From the NCBI GenBank assembly GCA_951406725.2, contig OX597815.1, forward strand, positions 198,648,001 to 198,712,000: a DNA stretch of 64,000 nt, given 5' to 3'. Shown here in pieces: positions 37,866 to 52,689 of this stretch. The number at the start of each line of letters is the position of its first letter. Position 1 is the first letter of the stretch. The notes beneath the pieces were generated by a model. It did not search any database and was not told the origin of the DNA. It saw nothing but the letters and a program-made list of their open reading frames with translations. The translations under genes and the position numbers were made by a program. This stretch comes from Octopus vulgaris (taxonomy: Eukaryota).

Positions 37866-38423
37866 AATATTTGACGACTGAAAACAAATCATCAGTGTAT
37901 GTTGTCCAGCTAGAAATGGTGGATTCATCATTCTCGAAAAATCGAGAAACTACCAACAATATCCAACGTATAGACCATTCACCTGTTTTTTTTTTTGTCG
38001 TATTTATATATATTTTTCCTGGCGCCATATTTCTTATAGAATATATTATTTCTACTTCTCGTTTCCTACTTTCTAGATTCACACTCGTCATTTTTGGCAA
38101 CCTGTCTTATCTCTTCGGGATTTCCTTATTTCATATAAAATTTATTTGGTGTCCTTTACGACTATCTTACTACATTGTCATTTGTTTAACATTTTAATCT
38201 TTTCTCTAGATTTTTTTTTTCTTTAGTTAGTCCGGTTTCAGTGTTGTAGCATACAGTTCGGTGGCGGTGTATTACCATGATTTCGTCGCAATGTTTTGCA
38301 TTGTGTTTGCGCACCATTTTATAAATTGACACTATACACTTTATGTACAACAAATGCACTATATCCTAAATTATCTTTACAAAATCACGCGCTTACATAC
38401 AGACGTAAATGTACGTGCATATA

Positions 38424-38485
<62 letters not shown>

Positions 38486-38671
38486 TTAAGCAAGAAAATT
38501 CAACAAAATCTGTTACTCGTTGCCGTTCATCTGATGAACGGCAACGAGAAACTCAGAGTAACAGATTTTGTTGAATTTTCTGCTGCTTAAAATAAAGCAT
38601 ATTACTCTACCACTGGTATTTGAGTACTCTTTTTTTTTCAACCTTGTTTCACATTTATGTGTTTACTCCGG

Positions 38672-38712
<41 letters not shown>

Positions 38713-39250
38713 TGTTTTATTCTTTTAGTTGTTTCAGTCATTTGACTGCGGCCATACTGGAACAGCGCCCTTAGTCGAACAAATCAAACCCATGACTTAG
38801 TCGTCTATCTTTACGTTCTGAGTTCAAATTTCGCCGACGTCGACTTTGCCTTTCATCCTTTCGGGGTCTATTAATTAATTACCAATTGCGTACTGGGGTC
38901 GATCTAATCGACTGGTCCCCTCCCAAGAAATTTCGAGTCTCGTGCCTAGAGTAGAAAATAATTCTGTGTTTTGCATTTTCTCCAACCTAGCTGGCTTCTA
39001 TAGACAAAATTGTCCGTATACACTTATACAGACAGGAATCATGTTTATAAGTGACATGAACATACAGTGTCCGAACTCGATTTGGATGAACCAGAAGAAA
39101 ATATAAAAAATAATAATGAGCCTTTCGATTATAGGTAAAAGGCCTGAAATTTTGGGAGAAGAGGTCAGTCGATTACATCGACCCCAGAACTTCACTCGCG
39201 TTCATTTTATCGACCCCGAAAGGGTGAAAGACCAAGTTGGCCTCGGCTTA

Positions 39251-39310
<60 letters not shown>

Positions 39311-40188
39311 GTAATCTTCTCTACTATAGGCACCAGGGTTGAAGTTGGCAGGGAGGGGAGTATTCGCTTTCATTGACCCCCCGGTGTTTCACTGATACTT
39401 AATTTATCGTTCTCGTAAAGGATGAAAGGCAAAGTCGAATCCGGCATCATTTTGAAGTCACAAATGAATCACAGACGATTCTGCCAGCTCTCTGACTTAG
39501 TAGTGATGAAGACGATGATGATGATGATGAGGAGGATGATGATGATGATGAGGAGGATGAGGAGGAGGAGGAGGAAGGTGAAGTATAATATCTGTAGAAA
39601 CAGATAATTAGTTCAAAGATATGACTTAGAATGAAGCAAGAGAACACTGCTAATGAATATAAATTAGAAGATTTAGTAAGATTAGCTATATCTGATGGAG
39701 GATGTAATCGAATTAGGAAATTAGTGACAGAATAAAGAGGAGTTAGTGAATACAGCTTTGCATCATTAAGGGGCAAACAAACGTGTATATACTCTTGGTC
39801 TTCGAAATGTTAACCTTTTGACAAACATATCACTGATACTAAATATAAATATTACACACTGGAACCTGACATTTTGACGGAATCCTGCTTTATTCACAAC
39901 ATATAACACTCGTGACTGAATTCTTTATGGGAATTTTCAGAAAACTTTTGCGAATTTGTGATCTACACAAGGTAAATCATTCGACAATGCAAATCTTTTT
40001 TTTTTTTAATTTAAAAATATTTTTTAACTTTTTTTTTCTGAAATATTTTTGGAAACAGACACAATCCGAATTTTTGGCTTAAATCCCAGCAATAGATTAT
40101 TAAATGTGTTTATGGCGAGGGAGGGAAATACTGAAAAACATCAATTCGTCAGAGTGACAAACAAACAAGGGCGATATTAGGTGGTCGT

Positions 40189-40422
40189 AAGGCGGCGAGC
40201 TGGCAGAAACGTTAAGCACGCCGGACGGAATGCTTAGCGGTATTTCGTCTGCCGCTACATTCTGAGTTGAAATTCCGCCGAGGTCGACTTTGCCTTTCAT
40301 CCTTTCGGGGTCGATAAATTGAGTACCAGTTACGCACTGGGATCGATATAATCGACTTAATCCGTTTGTCTGTCCTTGTTTGTCCCCTCTGTGTTTAGCC
40401 ACATGTGGGTAGTAAAGAAATA
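40189..40422 (+). mobile_element. SINE family B with a 16-bp target-site duplication
   Basis: GATATTAGGTGGTCGT (40173-40188) and GATACTAGGTGGTCGT (40423-40438). Confidence 0.9.
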
Positions 40423-40891
40423 GATACTAGGTGGTCGTGAATGTGCTAAAAATAATAGCTAATTACCCCTTAAATCACGTAAAAATATTCTAGTTTTTGT
40501 GTTAACATAGTCGTATGATTTTTCCGCTGAAAATTCCAGAAATATAAGCTACTAGAAGGGGTTATATGCTAAGCATAAAGTAGAATTCCACCGACATTTC
40601 TAACAATTATGAGCTGCTGAATTAAAAGCAAATAAACAGGAATCTGAAGAAGCAATGAACATAACGTACAAATGAGACATCCAAAAGCATCCTAAATAAA
40701 CTGCTTCCAGTATTAGATCCTATTATTTTTGTTGCACCAGTTAAAGTACCAAATCTACCTTAAATGACTAAGGATATGAACTCTAACATTAGATTTTGGA
40801 CTATGTCTCTAAATAAAGGTTTCGGTTTAATGACAATAGATAATTGGCCCTGTAGCTAATTGTTTGCCCTCACTAACCTTATATTTTCATT

Positions 40892-41110
40892 TATGCATGG
40901 TTGCTTAAAAGTCCTTGGGTTTGGGTAAAAGAAAATACCGGGGAATGAGTTAATTGTAATTTTATTCAACGTATTCCCCTCTCAGATTCACACACTTATT
41001 GCAGCGCTCCTTCAGTTTTTGTAAGCCCTGTAGAAAAACTCCGAAGTTTGGGCCGCCAGCCAGGCTTTTCCTGATACACTTAAAGAATTTTTCAGCTCCC
41101 CGCCTGTATA
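40892..41110. mobile_element. Probable decayed mariner-type MITE
   Basis: About 220 bp, with degenerate inverted ends (GCTTAAAAGTCCTTGG.. and ..GAATTTTTCAGC) bounded by TA; no ORF. Confidence 0.45.
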
Positions 41111-41482
41111 CAGACGTTGGCTGTATGGTGTTTATTCTACATTATTCCGTAAGGAACATAGAGTCGGTTTCCCTGTTTCGCTGCCGTACACATTCCTACC
41201 TGGACTAGAAGCCAGTCCATCACAGATTTATTGACTTTTATCAGCCGAGTGGGCAAGAGCAACGTGGAATGAAGTATTTTGCTCAAGAAACACAACGTAT
41301 CGCTCGGACCTGGAATCAAAATCACTAAATTCTACGATCGTAAGTCCAGTACCCTCACCACTAAACCATGGATGTATGGTGACTGGGTACATGTTGACTG
41401 ATGTATACTACAGAGAATAAATATTTCGTTTTGGTACATTACCTGTTATATTATTATAGTATAAAATAAATTTTGTTCACAT

Positions 41483-41885
41483 AGGCGCAGGAGTGGCTGT
41501 GTGGTAAGTAGCTTGCTTACCAACCACATGGTTCCGGGTTCAGTCCTACTGTGTGGCATCTTGGGCAAGTGTCTTCTGCTATAGCCCCGGGTCGACCAAT
41601 GCCTTGTGAGTGGATTTGGTAGACGAAAACTGAAAGAAGCCTGTCGTATATATGTATATATATATGTGTGTATGTGTATATGTTTGTGTGTCTGTGTTTG
41701 TCCCTCCATTGCATTGCTTGACAACCGATGCTGGTGTGTTTACACCCTGTCACTTAGACCGATAGAATAAGTACTGGGCTTAGAAAGAATAAATCCCATG
41801 GTCGATTTGCTCGACTAAAGGCGGTGCTCCAGCATGGCCGCTGTCATATGACTGAAACAAGTAAAAGAGTAAAGAGTAAAAGAGT
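41483..41885 (+). mobile_element. SINE family A
   Basis: Complete head GGCGCAGGAGTGGCTGTGTGG through the (GTAAAAGA)n tail. Confidence 0.92.
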
Positions 41886-42635
41886 ATACAATTCTAATGC
41901 ACTCATTGAAAGAACTTCAACAGCACAATTAATGAATGATGGCATACAAATGTTTATTTGACTTACTGTCGGCTTCGCCAGCGTCATTCTTCCCTGCAGC
42001 CGTAAGCCTCTAGTACCATCATACGTCCTCTGAAATTGGATTGTGTTTAAGACATTCCTTCAGATCATTCAGTTTAGCAGAATCTATTGGCAGGAATGTC
42101 ATCCATGCCTCTGTCAATTTACCATTGGAAACACGCTTCTTAAGTGCAGATAGCATGTTTCAACTTTTCAGCAAATGAATGACGTTGAAGCACTCATAAG
42201 ACATAATGTTTAAATATTGGGGCGGTCACCTCCTTCGAGAAGAATACTCTTGTACTTGTTATAAAAGAATTGATTTTTTACAAGTGTCCTAAATTTATGT
42301 GTGGTATGAGCATGTCAGTGCGTGTATATGCGTCAGTTTGTGTGTGCGTGTGTATGTGTGTGTGTGAAAATATGATGAATGGAGTGTTATGCGTTTTTAA
42401 AATGTATTCAATTAAAATATTTTCTGGATATTAAATTCCGACGCATGTTTATGCTATAAAATATCTTAAGGTGGACAGATGTGGGATTTCTGTACTTCAA
42501 TTTATCTTAAATCAACTATAGTGTGGTAAGTAGCTTGCCGACGAACCACACGGTTCCGGGTTCAGTCCCACTGCGTGGCACATAGGGCAAGTGTCTTCTA
42601 CTATAGCCGCGGTCTTGTGCCAAAATGTAACACCG

Positions 42636-42671
<36 letters not shown>

Positions 42672-42746
42672 ACATGTGTGTTTGTGTGTATGTGCGGCGT
42701 GCGTGCACTAGTTTCTGTATGTATATAGATATAGATACATATATCT

Positions 42747-44465
42747 ATATACAAACACTTTGCTATACTACAAATCAAGATATTTAGGTTAAAGTTTCAG
42801 CAAGGTAGCTTCGAATTAATGAGTCGTACATTTAGATACTTTAGACAGGAGGCAATGTCAACATGCCTCTGTTGCTACTCATAATTCATCACTTGACTGT
42901 ATTTAACAACGTTCGCATAGCGTTGGCATAAATGACAAGCGGTTTTGCCATTATGCTCCATTTGTTATGAAAGAGCTCAGATCATACAATCGTGGAGATG
43001 CTCCTGAACATGTTAAGCGAAATTAAAATGTCATTTATGATAAGCAGGCAAATTTCTGATGTCAGCCAGCGAAATAATGATGCCTGATCACAGAACATAT
43101 ATTTTAGTGGATAACCATGTCTGTATAGATATATCGTTTGCAGAATTGGGGTGTCATTAACAGTCATTGAATCAGTTCACGAGATTTCAACACAAACCAC
43201 GTTGAATGGATGCTGTTTGTGTCTTATATTAGATACTCATTTTGAGAGCTTTACTACTTTGTTTATATTCGCTTTCTTTTCTCTCCCTATCCCCATCTTT
43301 AGTATTGCACCTTGCTATAGATTGGTATGACGCAATCAATAATAAATTGGCTTAACTCTCTAGTAACCATGGCTTACAAAGAATAGTTACAAATCCCTTT
43401 GCATTATATGAAAAACTCAGATTATGCCATTGCCTTTATCCATTGAATACTTAAAATAAATATCCATTGTAAGACGCTTCTTTCTGCATTGATTTGGATG
43501 CGAAATTATGTATTCTACGATGTATCCCATAATACACATCGCAGACCAACTCCAGCTTATGACAGTGTTTTTTCTTTTTGATATGGTGTTAGCATCTTTC
43601 CTATAAATTTATTGGCTTCAATTATATGACAGATTTCCAATTTGAATACATCAGTCGAGTTAATGTGTTAACTACACTCATATTTACGATTAAAAATATA
43701 TTTGTTTACACAATGCAAATTGTACGTTCCTGTTACTATTCTGTGTCAAAAACGTCACATTCGTTTTTGCAGTGGTGCGAGAATTTTCTAGATATTTTGC
43801 GCTCATTATTGTTTAGCTTTGATATTTCTCATGAACTGGAAATGTCTTAATGGACCCTCAGTGTACCGCTCTCTATGGGTTTTGAAATATTTGCCTATTT
43901 TACTCTGTTAATATGTTTTTGTATGTTTGAACAGGAGAACTGTTTTTTCTTTTTCTTAATGCCGTATAAAGCTAGGAATCTACCCTTTTGCGCATTGCAT
44001 TCTGATGCTGAGTAATGGAATGTGTAATACTTCTTTTTTTCCATGGTTTTCTTTATGGGAGTTATAAATTAATGTTTGTAGCAGAAATGACAAGAATGCA
44101 TCCACTAAAATATATGTTCTGTGATCAAGCCTCATTATTTTGTTGGCTGACATCTGATATTTGCCTGCTTATCATAAATGACATTCTAATTTCGCTTAAC
44201 ATGTTCGGCAGCATCTCCACGATTGTACGATCTGAGCTCTTTTATAACAAATGGAGCATAATAGCAAAACCGCTTGTCATTTATGCCAACGCTATGCGAA
44301 CGTTGTTAAATACAGTCAAGTGATGAATTATGAGTAGGAAGAGAGGCATGTTGACATTGCCTCCTGTCTAAAGTATCTAAATGTACGACTCATTAATTCG
44401 AAGCTACCTTGCTGAAACTTTAACCTAAATATCTTGATTTGTAGTATAGCAAAGTGTTTGTATAT
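42747..44465. mobile_element. Foldback-type element or inverted duplication: ~365-bp inverted arms around a ~990-bp spacer
   Basis: 42747-43111 is the highly similar reverse complement of 44100-44465; ORFs 42982(-) and 44015(+) share PLKYMFCDQASLF. Confidence 0.85.
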
Positions 44466-45504
44466 TATCGGTGACATCTTGACCGAACAATGTACAAGTA
44501 CTGAATGTAAACTTATAGACAAAATAATTGAATAAATAACTACAAACGATGACGATGAACAAGAAATATTGAACACAAATATCGATTATTCGATTTTCAC
44601 ACATGTAGTGTATATGAATGTAAATTCCTATACTAATAATTCACTATTTATATCCTAGTCTTCCTATTCCAGTCATGTCTTTATTATCGGCTATTACGTA
44701 ACATAAACAAAAAGATACTAAATGATTCATGCAGGATACATTTCTGTAATAGTACAGTTCCGTTCAAAATTTGCTACTCAATCAACTTTGGTAAATGTTT
44801 TAATGAGAAAGTGGTATTGTTGTGACTTGTCATCTATGCAGTGAACAAGTGATATAATAGTACTGGTCAGTGTAGTTAAAATGGCTTTATTTTTCTTGGA
44901 ATTTTATTTTTGATTATTATTGAGCTAGTAGTCGCAATGACCCAGCGTTTCTAACTCAGAAGCATAACCAGAGAAGAAGGGAAACTGCTCTTCGGAACTT
45001 GATCTACGAGCAGTCTTCGAGACCATATTCTTCCCTATTAGGTTTCATACTTCAAAGTTGAATCGGGCTGAAGTTTTTCCGCATATTTAATTTCAATTAT
45101 AACATGCAAATTCTGTTGAGATAATAAATACAGCAATAAATATCACCAGGCTGGTTTCAAGTCAAAATCACATGAAAACGTTTTCTCGAAAGAAAAAAAA
45201 ATGCTTTTTCCTACTTTGTAATCTTCCATATTTTGACCCAAGATTAAATTGTTTCGTCAGCGGTAATATTCAATTTTCACATGATCAACTTTGTGATAGT
45301 ATCATTTTACTATCATTGTGATAGTATCATTATTTATATCGGCCCATTTCGAACTTAAATATATTTCAAAATGCAATGTGGGAAGTAATGTTGAATAATA
45401 ATGATGAATAATAACAAACGACAATTAGTTTTAATTTTCGGTCTTATACTTCTTACCCAATTTCTTTATATATTTTATTTATGCATTTTTTTCGAACCTA
45501 GCCA

Positions 45505-45786
45505 GGATCATGGGCCCGGTTTCCCGGTTTCTATGGCGTATGTGTTCCGCCCAGCTGGACGGGACGCCAGTCCATCGCAGCGTTACTCAAGAAACAGGGA
45601 GAGATAGTGAGAGAAAGTTGGGGCGAAAGAGTACAACAGGGGTCGCCACCACCCCCTGCCAGAGCTTCGTGGAGCTTTTAAGTGTTTTCGCTCAATAAAC
45701 AGACACAACGCCTGTTCTGGGAATCGAAACCGTGATCCTCCTACCGGGAGACCGCTGCCCTAACCACTGGGTCATTGCGCCTCCAC
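45505..45786 (-). mobile_element. SINE family D
   Basis: Reverse-complement homology to 9300-9480 and direct homology to 29488-29752. Confidence 0.82.
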
Positions 45787-45829
45787 TCTTAACCAATACT
45801 GAGACTTTTTTTTTTAATTATTCAGGTGA

Positions 45830-47870
45830 TACCTATTTGCTTTAGCAAATATTCTGTAGCGCATTTTTAACATAAATTTTTAAGAATATCTGTTATATTT
45901 TTTCCTCTGTCAGCAAAGTTTTCTTCATAATTTTATGCTTCCTTGCAAATAAAAAAGATAGCTTCCTTCCTTGCGTTGTTCGTGTTTATATCGCCCTGCA
46001 TTAGTTTCTATTCATTTTTACGAGACGTTTTTATAATCCTCCCGTGGTTATTTATAACAGGTTTCTATTTACGTTCTACAACTTAACTAGAACCCACTTT
46101 TCTAGTTGAGGGCTAGGTGTAACAATCTAACTAAAAAATTTTGTAGCTGAGTTATCTAAATGTAGTGACTGCATTTTCCTATTGTTTTGTCTTGTTTTGG
46201 TAATTCATTTAAGATTCACTTGAGAATATTTTATATACATGATATTACTGGAACATCTCTACTTTAAATTCTAGACATCTTGAAATAGTTTTGTTTCAAA
46301 TCTAATACATCTATATTTCTGTCTAACTTTCTTTAATTTGTGATTTTTGTTCTCTTTCACACATTATAAATATAAGTATGACTGTATTTGTTGAAATTCT
46401 ATTTTGATCTCACTTTTAACATGATACTACTGTTCGTAATTAGATATTCCCCCTTCAAATTTTCAATTTCTACTTCAAATTCCAAACAATTTCGGATAAA
46501 TCTGTGGAAACTCATTAAAAGTGTTTATAATTGCGTGGCATCTGTAGTGTAAAACGTGTAGGCGAATTGTAATCCCATATCATATGTATTGGTGTGTCAT
46601 TAGGTTTACCATACTAATTAAAGATGAACACAGCACGCAAAATAACTGCATCTCCATCATGTATCTCAGCCAGGGTTAGTCGTTGTAATTATTTCTTTTG
46701 TCAGCATTTGTACAGCTGTTCAGAATTTACTCAAGACTTATTTAAGGTACCTATATTTTTATTGCTCCTAGCCACGCTATGCTCAGTTCCATTCTATTCC
46801 TTACTTTTAATATAGGCATGCTGACCAGCAATTGATCTTCACAATCCTATGAGGAATTTTAACATTCCTTCTTCTCTTCTGGGAACGAATATTACTTTCA
46901 GTTAAGATTTTGTAAACTTTAAAACGGGTAAATAATCAGTGTAGAGTTTACGCTGTTTTAATCCATGTTATTAGGATGGTTCCGCCCGGGTCGACTTTGC
47001 CTTTCATCCTTTCGGGGTCGATTAAATAAGTACCAGTTACGCACTGGGTCGATATAATCGACTTAATCCGTTTGTCTGTCATTGTTTGTCCCTTCTGTGT
47101 TTACCCCCTTGTGGGTAGTAAAGAAATAGGATCTGTTATCATAAAAAGGAATATTTTCACACTGGTACTAAATTTTTATGCTTGTTAAATATTTCAGCTA
47201 AAATATGAGATTTTACCCTTTACTTGGTTCATTTCAGTTTGGTTCTTCTAGTTTCCTGTTATATTTCAAGATTGATATAGCAACCCAAATTGTTCAGGTG
47301 CAGCGTTTTATTGTTTGGAACAATATCATCCATGGGGATCCGTTCACTGCGTAAACGTTTGTTATTTTTATAATTCAATGTTATTTGCAGTTTTGGTTGC
47401 ATTGATTTGAATCTTATTTTTATCCAGTTCTTGAAGTAATCGTATTCGGATTTTGAAGTATTCTTTTAAAGAGTCGTTGTCATCTTTCATACAAATGGAT
47501 TCAATGCGATTTAGCGTGAAAATATTGTTTTAGGCGCTATTCTCTGTCAGTATTCAATTGTTTTCATAAAGTTATATTTTCATAGTATTTGTCTCTTTGC
47601 CCCACATTTTACAAGTGTCTTCTTTTCCGAATTGAATATTCTTTTACTTTCCATCTATTCTGTATATCTAAATCAGATTTAGATATTCCTGTTTGAGCAC
47701 ATCTGAGAAACTATCCAGTCTTGCCTGTGACTATTATCGCTGTAGCATATATTATTTCGTTTATTCAACTCAAATTGATGTTCGTGTATTTTTTCATTAA
47801 GTCAGCAACTGCATATTTTCTGAGGCTTTTATTGTTGTTACTTCATCATCGATAAGTAACATTTTTTTCT
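45830..47870 (-). mobile_element. Old, heavily decayed R4/Dong-clade LINE body, interrupted by a SINE B (46981-47130)
   Basis: Minus frames give INEIIYATAIIVT (~47740), DCEDQLLVSMPIL (~46830) and MELSIAWL (~46780), resembling R4/Dong NxLIYAxA, GCKDQLLI and NLSMAWID. May extend to ~48940 beyond the microsatellite block. Confidence 0.55.
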
Positions 47871-48054
47871 TCTTATTTCCTACGTTTTTTTTTTGTGTGT
47901 GTGTGTGTTTCTTTTACTTAAGAAGTACTTTCAATCGCCTGCACAAAGATATTCTATCACTTTTCAATTTTATTTTATATTTCCACATTTAGTTTGTTTC
48001 CCTGTTTATAATATCCTTCTTATAATTTTCTGTTATACCTTCCAACGACACTCG

Positions 48055-48067
48055 TATTATTATTATT

Positions 48068-48108
<41 letters not shown>

Positions 48109-48123
48109 TATTATTATTATTAA

Positions 48124-48189
<66 letters not shown>

Positions 48190-48362
48190 CATTATTATCA
48201 TCATCATCTTCATATATACACCATCATTATCATCTACTTCATTATTATTAATATATATATGTGTATGTATGTTTATATATATATATATTATTATTATTAT
48301 TATTATTATTATATTCATCATCATCTTCATCTACACCATCATCATCATCATCTACATTATTA

Positions 48363-48401
<39 letters not shown>

Positions 48402-48425
48402 TTATTATTATTATTATTATTATTC

Positions 48426-48477
<52 letters not shown>

Positions 48478-48495
48478 CAATATTATTATTATCAT
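48055..48495. repeat. (ATT)n/(ATC)n/(TA)n compound microsatellite
   Basis: Direct observation. Confidence 0.95.
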
Positions 48496-48995
48496 TATGT
48501 CAGTTTGAGTTTGTTCTCTTTCTCTTTTGCTTGTCGGTCTGCGCTTCGCATGTTAGGGTACGCATTTGCTGTTTCGCAATTCAGTTTATGTTCACCGTTA
48601 TATTTTTGACTTTTATGATTTATATTCTCTTTTATGATTTATATTATTTATATTCTCAACGTTCTTTTTCTTTTCATGCTCATTGTTTGTGTTAGTTTCT
48701 TCTTACGTGTTTTCAATACTCATCCGTTCTTTCAAGTGGTATTTTCATAAGTCTGATGTATTTCTTAGAATATATCTCTTAAAATTATCTAGTCTTTTGG
48801 GATCCAAATTCACTTTTAGATAAGAGTTATTTTCTCTCCGAACTTATCACAAAAATAATGTTGGAGTTTTGCTTAGAAGTAGAGCGTCATTGAAAAATAC
48901 ATAACTCGTACAGAAACCTATTCCTTTCGTGTGTATTTATGAAAGCTCTTATTATTATTATTATTATTATTTGATTGTTGTTGTTGTTGTTGTTG

Positions 48996-49059
<64 letters not shown>

Positions 49060-49067
49060 CATTACCA

Positions 49068-49433
49068 TTCTGTAGTCTTACTTTTATCACGAGCTTTCAC
49101 TGCACTACCGAGCGCAGCTCTGTATTTTGTGTATGTGCTATGGTTTGTGGTGGTGCTCTTATTTAAACTGTATTATAAGTGTTTTACGTAGGATGTGTGC
49201 GGTGCCTAGTAGTGCTATTTCCTATATGTTAAATATACTTGTACGTCCTGGGTATTTTGTTATGTATTTGTCTGAATCAGTTTTTTTATATATATCATAC
49301 ATAATGCGCCTTCTATGACGGGAATTGTTTCTGTTTTTTAGGATACACATTCTATTTCCAGATCGTTGTATTTTGAAAGATTCCCCGTTTCTTTTAGAGA
49401 AACATTGTCATCTTTCGGTACTGATACATTGAT
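49068..49433 (-). mobile_element. R4/Dong-clade LINE 3' fragment (restriction-like endonuclease C-terminus plus 3' UTR) in (TAA)n
   Basis: INVSVPKDDNVSLKE..LSKYNDLEIE, KTETIPVIEGAL and EIALLGTAHILRKTL are typical of R4/Dong RLE ends; (ATT)n on both flanks. Confidence 0.85.
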
Positions 49434-49452
49434 ATTATCATTATTATTATTA

Positions 49453-49520
<68 letters not shown>

Positions 49521-50116
49521 GTCATTATTATTAAGACGGCAAGCTGGCAGAATCATTAGCGAGCCGGGCGAAATGCTTAGCGGTATTTTGTCTGCCGTTA
49601 GGTTCGAGTTCAAATTCCGCCGAGGTCGACTTTGCATTTCAGTTTACAAAGAATATATCAATGACAATAGCAATGGCCGGTCTCGCAAAGTTCTCATTTT
49701 TCATCTCTTCAATATGTATTGACTCTAGAGTCACTATAGTAGAAACTAGGAACATCTGGGTAATAGTACTGGGCACCAAGTGTATCGAATACGATTAGTA
49801 CGGATCTGAAGAATATGAGACAGTTATAGGAGCGAAAATTAACCAAGCGAGTAAATAGTCCTGCACTAGTACTATGATCAATCCTTGAAAAAAATGTTAA
49901 GTACTATTAATAAATTGTTATCGTTACAGGAGATTCGTTATGTCTTCTTTCGTTTAAATTTTCCATCTAATTTTTTGAAAACTTTCCATTCTGAGACCTA
50001 TATTTTCTCAAGTTATCAAAACTAATACTGTTCAAATTTACATTTAGGTATGAGTTATAATCCTACTACGTTTTGAATTTCTATATTACCGTAGTTTCTT
50101 TTTAAAGGTAGAGTAA

Positions 50117-50173
<57 letters not shown>

Positions 50174-51444
50174 CATTCTTATACACGTTCACGTCACTGA
50201 CGCTAATCCATAAAAGCCAAAGCTTTTTCGTAACTGCGTTTATGTTACCCTAACGCTGTACGAATCATGAACGAACGATCAATCACAAAGCCACTGAGAC
50301 CAACTTTACATATTTAGCAATCGACTCTGTTAACCCTTTTACTCTTTAACAATATTATGTGCATGAAGTTATTATTTATGTATTTAACTTTTGAGCTCCA
50401 CGAAGCGAAATTTCAATGCATATATCGTGCTACTGCATGTGACAGCAAAGGAATTATCTTCTGTGCTAATACATCAACGTATTGTGCATATAATAATAAT
50501 AACAATAGTAATAATACAGAAGTTATAATATATTCCTTCCGAATGGAATTAAAGTTTCAGCCTCGGTATATCCAATATAAATTAAAAACGAAAATAATTT
50601 TGGCAGAAATTTTTCATATATTCCTACCATCAATCATTATGTTGCAGGCGATATGTAAGATGGTTTTCTTTTTCTTACAACTTCGGTAAGAGTAAGAATC
50701 ACCGTGTACGGACAAACATCGGATAGATTTCGGTACTCTATAGAAGAATCAAATGCTTAAGAACAAATACAAACAGAATACGAACACATACAACATAAAC
50801 CAAAATAAGTTATTGATAAAGCAAAATACTGAAAAAGTCACTAAATAGCAGCAATGACAAAAGGGAAAAGAAAAATTTAATAAGACATAAATGAAAAATG
50901 CTTCAAACGTAACTATATAAAACATTGTGGTTTTAAATTTGTTAAAAACCTATAGAAAGAAATTTATTATGGTATACGATTTCATGTTTAATTTCCGGTT
51001 CAAAGTAAGCACTTTTTCAGGAACGTAACGAGATCTCGTATCAATCAATCTATCAAGACAAACCTTTCGTACTATTCTGATGTTATAATCGGATTCTGAT
51101 GTTATAATCTGGTAATAATAAAATGAAGAGGAGATGCCTATCGCAGATCCTGTATTGGACCCATTTTTCTGTGGAAATTACAAATTTACAATAATATAAT
51201 GTAATATTTGTAACGTGTATGCATATACACACATACACACCCATGTGTATACATGTATATGTATACTCAAACTCCCTTATTCACCAAATCCCACATATCA
51301 GCCTAGGCTCTCAATAGTAACAGTGTGGCAAAAGGGCGCTGTCCCAGGATGGCCACAGCTTTCAGCTGAAACTGATAACACAATAAAAAAAATACTTATC
51401 GACACGCGCACGCACACACAGACACAATTTTAATCTTTCCATTT

Positions 51445-51840
51445 TACCAATGTGCTATCGGAACACCAACACAAATTAGACTAAGCAAGGAAACATTCTT
51501 CATTGAAAAATACAAGCCCAAACTTGACCATTCCAACATTCTTATACAGAGAAACTCACTCCAAAAAATAGGCAAGAAATATTAAGCGATTATCTCCCTT
51601 ACACCGGAAGAAATCACTTATTACCTCCCCTTATCTGGAACTCTTCCTCACACTTCTCAACGTAAACATAACGATGTCAGATATTTGAAAAGCCGAACGC
51701 GAAACCGTTCTTTTCTTCAAAAACTATGTCATTGTATGAAAAAAATGTATAACATTCTTCAGACATGACTCAAATATATATTTTTTAACCTTTTAAAACA
51801 AGCCTTCTGTAGTTTTTTCACTTTTTACTATTTTCTATAT
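51445..51840 (+). mobile_element. Penelope-like element 3' end
   Basis: IRLSKETFFIEKYKPKLD resembles the GIY-YIG C-terminus seen at 20100 (KERQFISKYKPQL); followed by a degenerate hammerhead-like motif. Confidence 0.55.
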
Positions 51841-52689
51841 ATATATATATACATATGCATATCTGGTTTAGCGACCGTGTATCCTAATTTTCGAATCATA
51901 TTTTGCTCTTTACACGGAGTGTTCCAAAATAAGTTATAGAACGTCTCACATTATGAAAAGGAATCTCACTTTATGTAATACCGTTTTAGAGATCTCACTT
52001 TCGGGATTCTAAAGATGATGAAAATTCTTATTAACGTTAATTTTTTTCGCCGCGTTTCTTCTCTTAACGTTCTCGGTGACTACATGAGCTACTTTGTGAT
52101 GCATCACTGATAGAAACCTGGTGGTCACTCAGTGTTGATAGGTTACCAATACAATGACAGTCTTTGCATGTCACCCCTGTAAACCTTTAATTCTAAGTAG
52201 CATGAAAACGTTCTAGATACGTTGCTTAGCTTAACTCTTATCCTTATGTTTGGATCTTGCTCAAAATCTTGACATTTTTGTGTACCGGAACTTCGCACTT
52301 TCACTCTCGTTAAATACATTCCCCCTTGAATCTATTCCCACTAAATCCATCTATACTTTTCCGTATTTGCTACGTCTGTGTCTGGCAAATACAATTATTT
52401 GTTAACTTCTTCCTTAGAAACCTACAAAGATTGCAAATATTTGGTCGCCTTTTGAATAGACTATACATAAAACTGTTATGCAACAGCGGATATATTACTT
52501 TCATACAAGAAAGCCATAGCAATGAAAAGAAGTTAATACTACTGTAAATACTCGAGGGGGCTTTAACCTGCATCTTGCGTAATTATCCTAATCTAATTAT
52601 TCCTAATATATGTGTTGACAACGAAAACAAATCCGTTAATTAGAGTTTTATACGCTGACGTAAGCAACGAATGAGCTTAACAATGGTTT

